Shown: one piece after another, positions 60,835 through 64,000 of the stretch
Position numbering within the stretch: position 1 is the first letter of the stretch
Layout: each line of letters begins with the position of its first letter
Assembly: GCA_963737155.1 (NCBI GenBank)
Contig: CAVTRN010000002.1
Location: 2,176,001 to 2,240,000 of the forward strand
From: Nitrospirota bacterium
GTDB lineage: Bacteria; Nitrospirota; UBA9217
Direction: 5' to 3'
Length of the DNA stretch: 64,000 nt
The notes under the pieces: model-generated
Seen by the model: only the letters and a program-made list of their open reading frames with translations
What the model was told of the DNA's origin: nothing
Database searches by the model: none
Translations under genes and position numbers: made by a program

Positions 60835-61508
60835 GAAGATACCCGGTCTTTTATGATCATTCCGTCCTTCAGGTGAATCCTCCTCTTACATCGGGCAGCC
60901 ACATTCTGATCATGAGTGACAATGATGATCGTGACACCCTGGATGTTAAGTCCTGACAGAATGTCCAAGATTTCTTCACCTGAACGGCTGTCTAGGTTAC
61001 CCGTTGGCTCATCGGCAAGCAGCAGTGGAGGGTTGTTGATAAGCGCGCGGGCAATCGCGACGCGCTGCTGCTGCCCCCCTGAAAGCTCCGTAGGCTTATG
61101 ATGCATGCGCTCGCTGAGCCCGACTTTTTCCAGGAGCGGCATCGCTCGTACTCGACGTTCACGCGCGGGGATGCCGCTGTAAATAAGCGGCATTTCTACA
61201 TTTTTAAGTGCGGAAAAACTCGGTAGAAGGTTGAAGGTTTGAAACACAAAACCGATTTTAACATTCCTGACACAAGCAAGTTCATCATTACTCAACGTGC
61301 TGATCTCTTTTGTCTCAAACCGGTAGACGCCGCTCGTGGGTCTGTCAAGACAGCCGACGATATTCATGAGTGTCGATTTTCCGGAGCCGGACGGCCCCAT
61401 GATGGCGATAAACTCTCCCCGCTTTATACTAAGGGAAACCCCGGAGAGAACAGTAATATCCACTTCGCCCATGCGGTAAATTTTGGTAATATTGGAAAGC
61501 TGAATCAT
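60831..61508 (-). CDS. ABC transporter ATP-binding protein (MacB-type)
   Basis: [33 protein letters not shown]. Confidence 0.93.
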   Translation of the reverse strand: MIQLSNITKIYRMGEVDITVLSGVSLSIKRGEFIAIMGPSGSGKSTLMNIVGCLDRPTSGVYRFETKEISTLSNDELACVRNVKIGFVFQTFNLLPSFSALKNVEMPLIYSGIPARERRVRAMPLLEKVGLSERMHHKPTELSGGQQQRVAIARALINNPPLLLADEPTGNLDSRSGEEILDILSGLNIQGVTIIIVTHDQNVAARCKRRIHLKDGMIIKDRVSS

Positions 61509-61591
61509 AAATATAATAAAAGCTTAGGGTTCGCAGTAACAAACATAACCTGTTCAGAATGATCTATGCACGCTAAACTGTAAACTGTGGG

Positions 61592-62680
61592 CTACTGGAT
61601 GCCCACTTTCACTCCATCCTTTAACTCGGCCACCTCCGGTGTTGTGACAACGTAATCCCCTGCTTTGAGGCCGCCAATTATCTGTGTAAAGCTCCAGTTA
61701 GTCTCTCCGATTTCAATCGGTTGCAGCCTCACGACAGCACGGTTTCCGGGTTTCAAAATATTTGCTTCAACTTTATAAATCTGCTTTTTCCCGTCACGCT
61801 CTATGACCGCCTGGGAAGGGACAGACAGCACATCCTCCAGGGTTGCAACCAGGATTTCAATGTCCGCTGACATCCCGGGCTTGATTTTGGGCTGTTTCTT
61901 ATCGAAATATATCCACACGTCCGCAGTGCGAGTTTCAAGCTTTCCGCCACTCACGATCGGGGAGATTCGTTGAACGGTCCCCCTGAACTTTTCTCCGGGA
62001 AATGCATCAACCGTGATCAAGACAGACTGTCCGAGATGCAACCTACCCACATCAACTTCATCGATTGTTGCAAGGACATAAATACGATTTGGATCGACTA
62101 TCGTTACGATCTGTTTTCCCGGTACCAGTAGTTCACCAACCTCAGTGAATTTTTTGGATACAACACCTTCGAAAGGTGAGCTGATAACTGAATAGTCCTT
62201 CTTAACCTTGACGTCTTCTATTGCGGCATTGTACTGGGACTTTGCCACCTCGTAGGTCCTGCGAACTACGTCCAGATCCTGCTGGGAAATCATGCCTTTG
62301 TCGAACAGGTTCTGCATGCGCGTCAGATTTTTTTCCGCCTCGTTGTAGGTCGCCTTGCTCTGTTCGAGCACGCTCTGGCTTTGAACCTCTTCTTCAGTCA
62401 GGTCGAGCTGTGCAACCAGCGCGCCAGCCTTTACAATATCGCCTTCCCGAATCGGGAGCTTCAGCACCCTGCCTGTTCGCTGTGCCGAGAGTGTTACTTC
62501 TGTCTCGGACTTGACGGTTGAGGTCGTGGTAGCGTTCACCACTACTCGGAGTTCACCCGGCTCAAGCACGGCGATCTTGACCAAGACGGGTTTCTTCCCA
62601 TTCAGGATTACAACCAACGCGATAACCAAGACGACTGCAATACCCCACAGCAATTTATTCTTTACCATTTTGGCAAGCAT
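61592..62680 (-). CDS. Efflux periplasmic adaptor (MacA-like MFP)
   Basis: Lipoyl-like halves, coiled-coil hairpin, IKPGMSA. Confidence 0.9.
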   Translation of the reverse strand: MLAKMVKNKLLWGIAVVLVIALVVILNGKKPVLVKIAVLEPGELRVVVNATTTSTVKSETEVTLSAQRTGRVLKLPIREGDIVKAGALVAQLDLTEEEVQSQSVLEQSKATYNEAEKNLTRMQNLFDKGMISQQDLDVVRRTYEVAKSQYNAAIEDVKVKKDYSVISSPFEGVVSKKFTEVGELLVPGKQIVTIVDPNRIYVLATIDEVDVGRLHLGQSVLITVDAFPGEKFRGTVQRISPIVSGGKLETRTADVWIYFDKKQPKIKPGMSADIEILVATLEDVLSVPSQAVIERDGKKQIYKVEANILKPGNRAVVRLQPIEIGETNWSFTQIIGGLKAGDYVVTTPEVAELKDGVKVGIQ

Positions 62681-62681
62681 T

Positions 62682-63140
62682 TTACGTTTCCTTGTCGTCA
62701 TTATTGGCACTGTCTTCAAGCCGAGCCTTTATGTTTTTCATGAAGGCCCGACAGACTTCTCCAAGCTTTTCGGATACGACCATGTCCTGAAGAAAAGTGA
62801 AATGACCGGTTACATGTCCTTCAATATGGTAAGTTATTTCCGTTTCTTCGTTGGAGGTTTTGCGGAAAGTAACGATGCCAGACGTTAGAAGGTGCTCTCC
62901 GGTCGCATTCCAGGATAGCCGTTCGTTCTCGATCATTTCCGTAGTATGGGCATTCATTTCGATAAGACGGCTAAATGGCCCCAGCGACATCTTAATTGTC
63001 CAAACTGAATCGAAATCGTTCAAAATTTTTACGCCTTTGCATCCCGGGAAGAGGCACCCGACTTCACGACGGTCTATCATAAAAGACCAGACACTTTTGA
63101 TTGGTAGGCTGATGACGAAAGTAATTTCTTTTTTCGGCAT
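62682..63140 (-). CDS. SRPBCC/CoxG-family protein
   Basis: VWSFM.D...VG.LFPGC START-fold pattern. Confidence 0.7.
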   Translation of the reverse strand: MPKKEITFVISLPIKSVWSFMIDRREVGCLFPGCKGVKILNDFDSVWTIKMSLGPFSRLIEMNAHTTEMIENERLSWNATGEHLLTSGIVTFRKTSNEETEITYHIEGHVTGHFTFLQDMVVSEKLGEVCRAFMKNIKARLEDSANNDDKET

Positions 63141-63181
63141 ATATTTCCCCTCGCTGGAGATTGGTTTTAAATTGGTCCCTA

Positions 63182-64000
63182 CTACTCCAGCCCTTTCCCC
63201 ATAGCCTTGGCGAGTCGCGCTTCCGAAATCTGGTAATCATAGAGGGCCTGCACATAGTCAATTTCAGCCTTTGCCGCGGCAACTCGAGCATCCGTTACTT
63301 CCAACGAAGGCCCAATGCCGGCATCGTACCTGCCCTCGGCCAGTTCGAGGCTCTCCCGGGCATTCTTAAGTGAAATGTCCATGACGCCAATGCGCGTCGC
63401 CGCGCTTTCGAAATCAGCGAAAGCCTGGTTAACGTCAAATAGGATCGACTGCCTGAGCGTGTCTCTCTGAGCTTCTAGTGCACGCTGGTTTGCCATAGCT
63501 TCGCTAACTTTGGCGTTCGTCAGCCCCCCCTCGAAGAGAGACATCGTCAGCGTTATCCCTGCGTTCCAGCTGTTCTGGATCTCACCCTTGAAAGGCCCCA
63601 TTTCCGCAATCCCGCTGGCCCAATTGTACGCCCCGCCAACTGACAGCGTCGGCAGATAATTCGTTTTCTCTGCCCTGACTCGGGCCCGGGCAGCTTGAAT
63701 ATCGTCATCCACCTTCAGCATTTCAGGCCGGTTTTTCAGGGCCTCTGAACTAGCCTGCTCCAGCGAAGGCGCAGCTGCGGGCTGAGAAAGAATGTCTTCT
63801 ATCTCAATGGTACGTTCCGGATCAACACCCATAGCGTTGTAGAGCTTAATAGTTTTCAGACGCACACTATTCTGAGCATTGATTAGATCGAGCCGTGAGC
63901 TGTTAACATCCACTTCCGCCCGGGTTACATCAAAGCGAGGTTTGGAGCCGTCCCGAAAAAAGGCCTCGGCCTGCCTCTGGTGCCCCTCAGCCTGTGCAAG
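63182..64000 (-). CDS. TolC-family outer membrane protein (5' end outside the window)
   Basis: RPE, YLPTLS, LFEGG, RYDAG.G..LEV.DA, L.KAMG; frame open to the window edge. Confidence 0.9.
   Translation of the reverse strand, partial: LAQAEGHQRQAEAFFRDGSKPRFDVTRAEVDVNSSRLDLINAQNSVRLKTIKLYNAMGVDPERTIEIEDILSQPAAAPSLEQASSEALKNRPEMLKVDDDIQAARARVRAEKTNYLPTLSVGGAYNWASGIAEMGPFKGEIQNSWNAGITLTMSLFEGGLTNAKVSEAMANQRALEAQRDTLRQSILFDVNQAFADFESAATRIGVMDISLKNARESLELAEGRYDAGIGPSLEVTDARVAAAKAEIDYVQALYDYQISEARLAKAMGKGLE

Overview
Mostly housekeeping chromosome from an anaerobe; gene content and order look Nitrospirota/Desulfobacterota-like (inference). Core genes: lptFG, coaE, queC, a purH variant, livKH, thiE-accCB-efp-pepP-aroQ, tRNA-Phe, purFB, nusB-rib operon, rplU-rpmA, an mltD-like gene, ridA, rel, recJ and mobA. 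The most notable accessory features are five. (1) An IS607-family element (about 6771-10784) carries a large atypical TnpB-related protein with no zinc finger and His in place of the RuvC-III Asp, followed by a structured 3' end (predicted omegaRNA). Its serine-recombinase tnpA is split by an IS1380-family element with a 5-bp ATCAA target duplication. (2) A probable Crp/Fnr (HcpR-like) mini-regulon has two TATGA-N6-TCATA sites, each the same distance from an extended -10 box. They drive a membrane protein and a DUF1858 gene plus a 45-aa Cys/His microprotein missed by the ORF track. (3) An internally deleted IS605/tnpB mini-element lies between recJ and rel, and there is a second TnpB-like relic near 38.4 kb. 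(4) A NosL / small protein / ABC / Cys-His membrane protein operon occurs with no nosZ in the window, convergent with a TolC-SRPBCC-MFP-ABC operon. (5) Several eroded genes are present (motB/OmpA-like, tatA). No CRISPR array, rRNA or recognisable riboswitch was seen. Family assignments come from motif recognition by eye, not from database searches.
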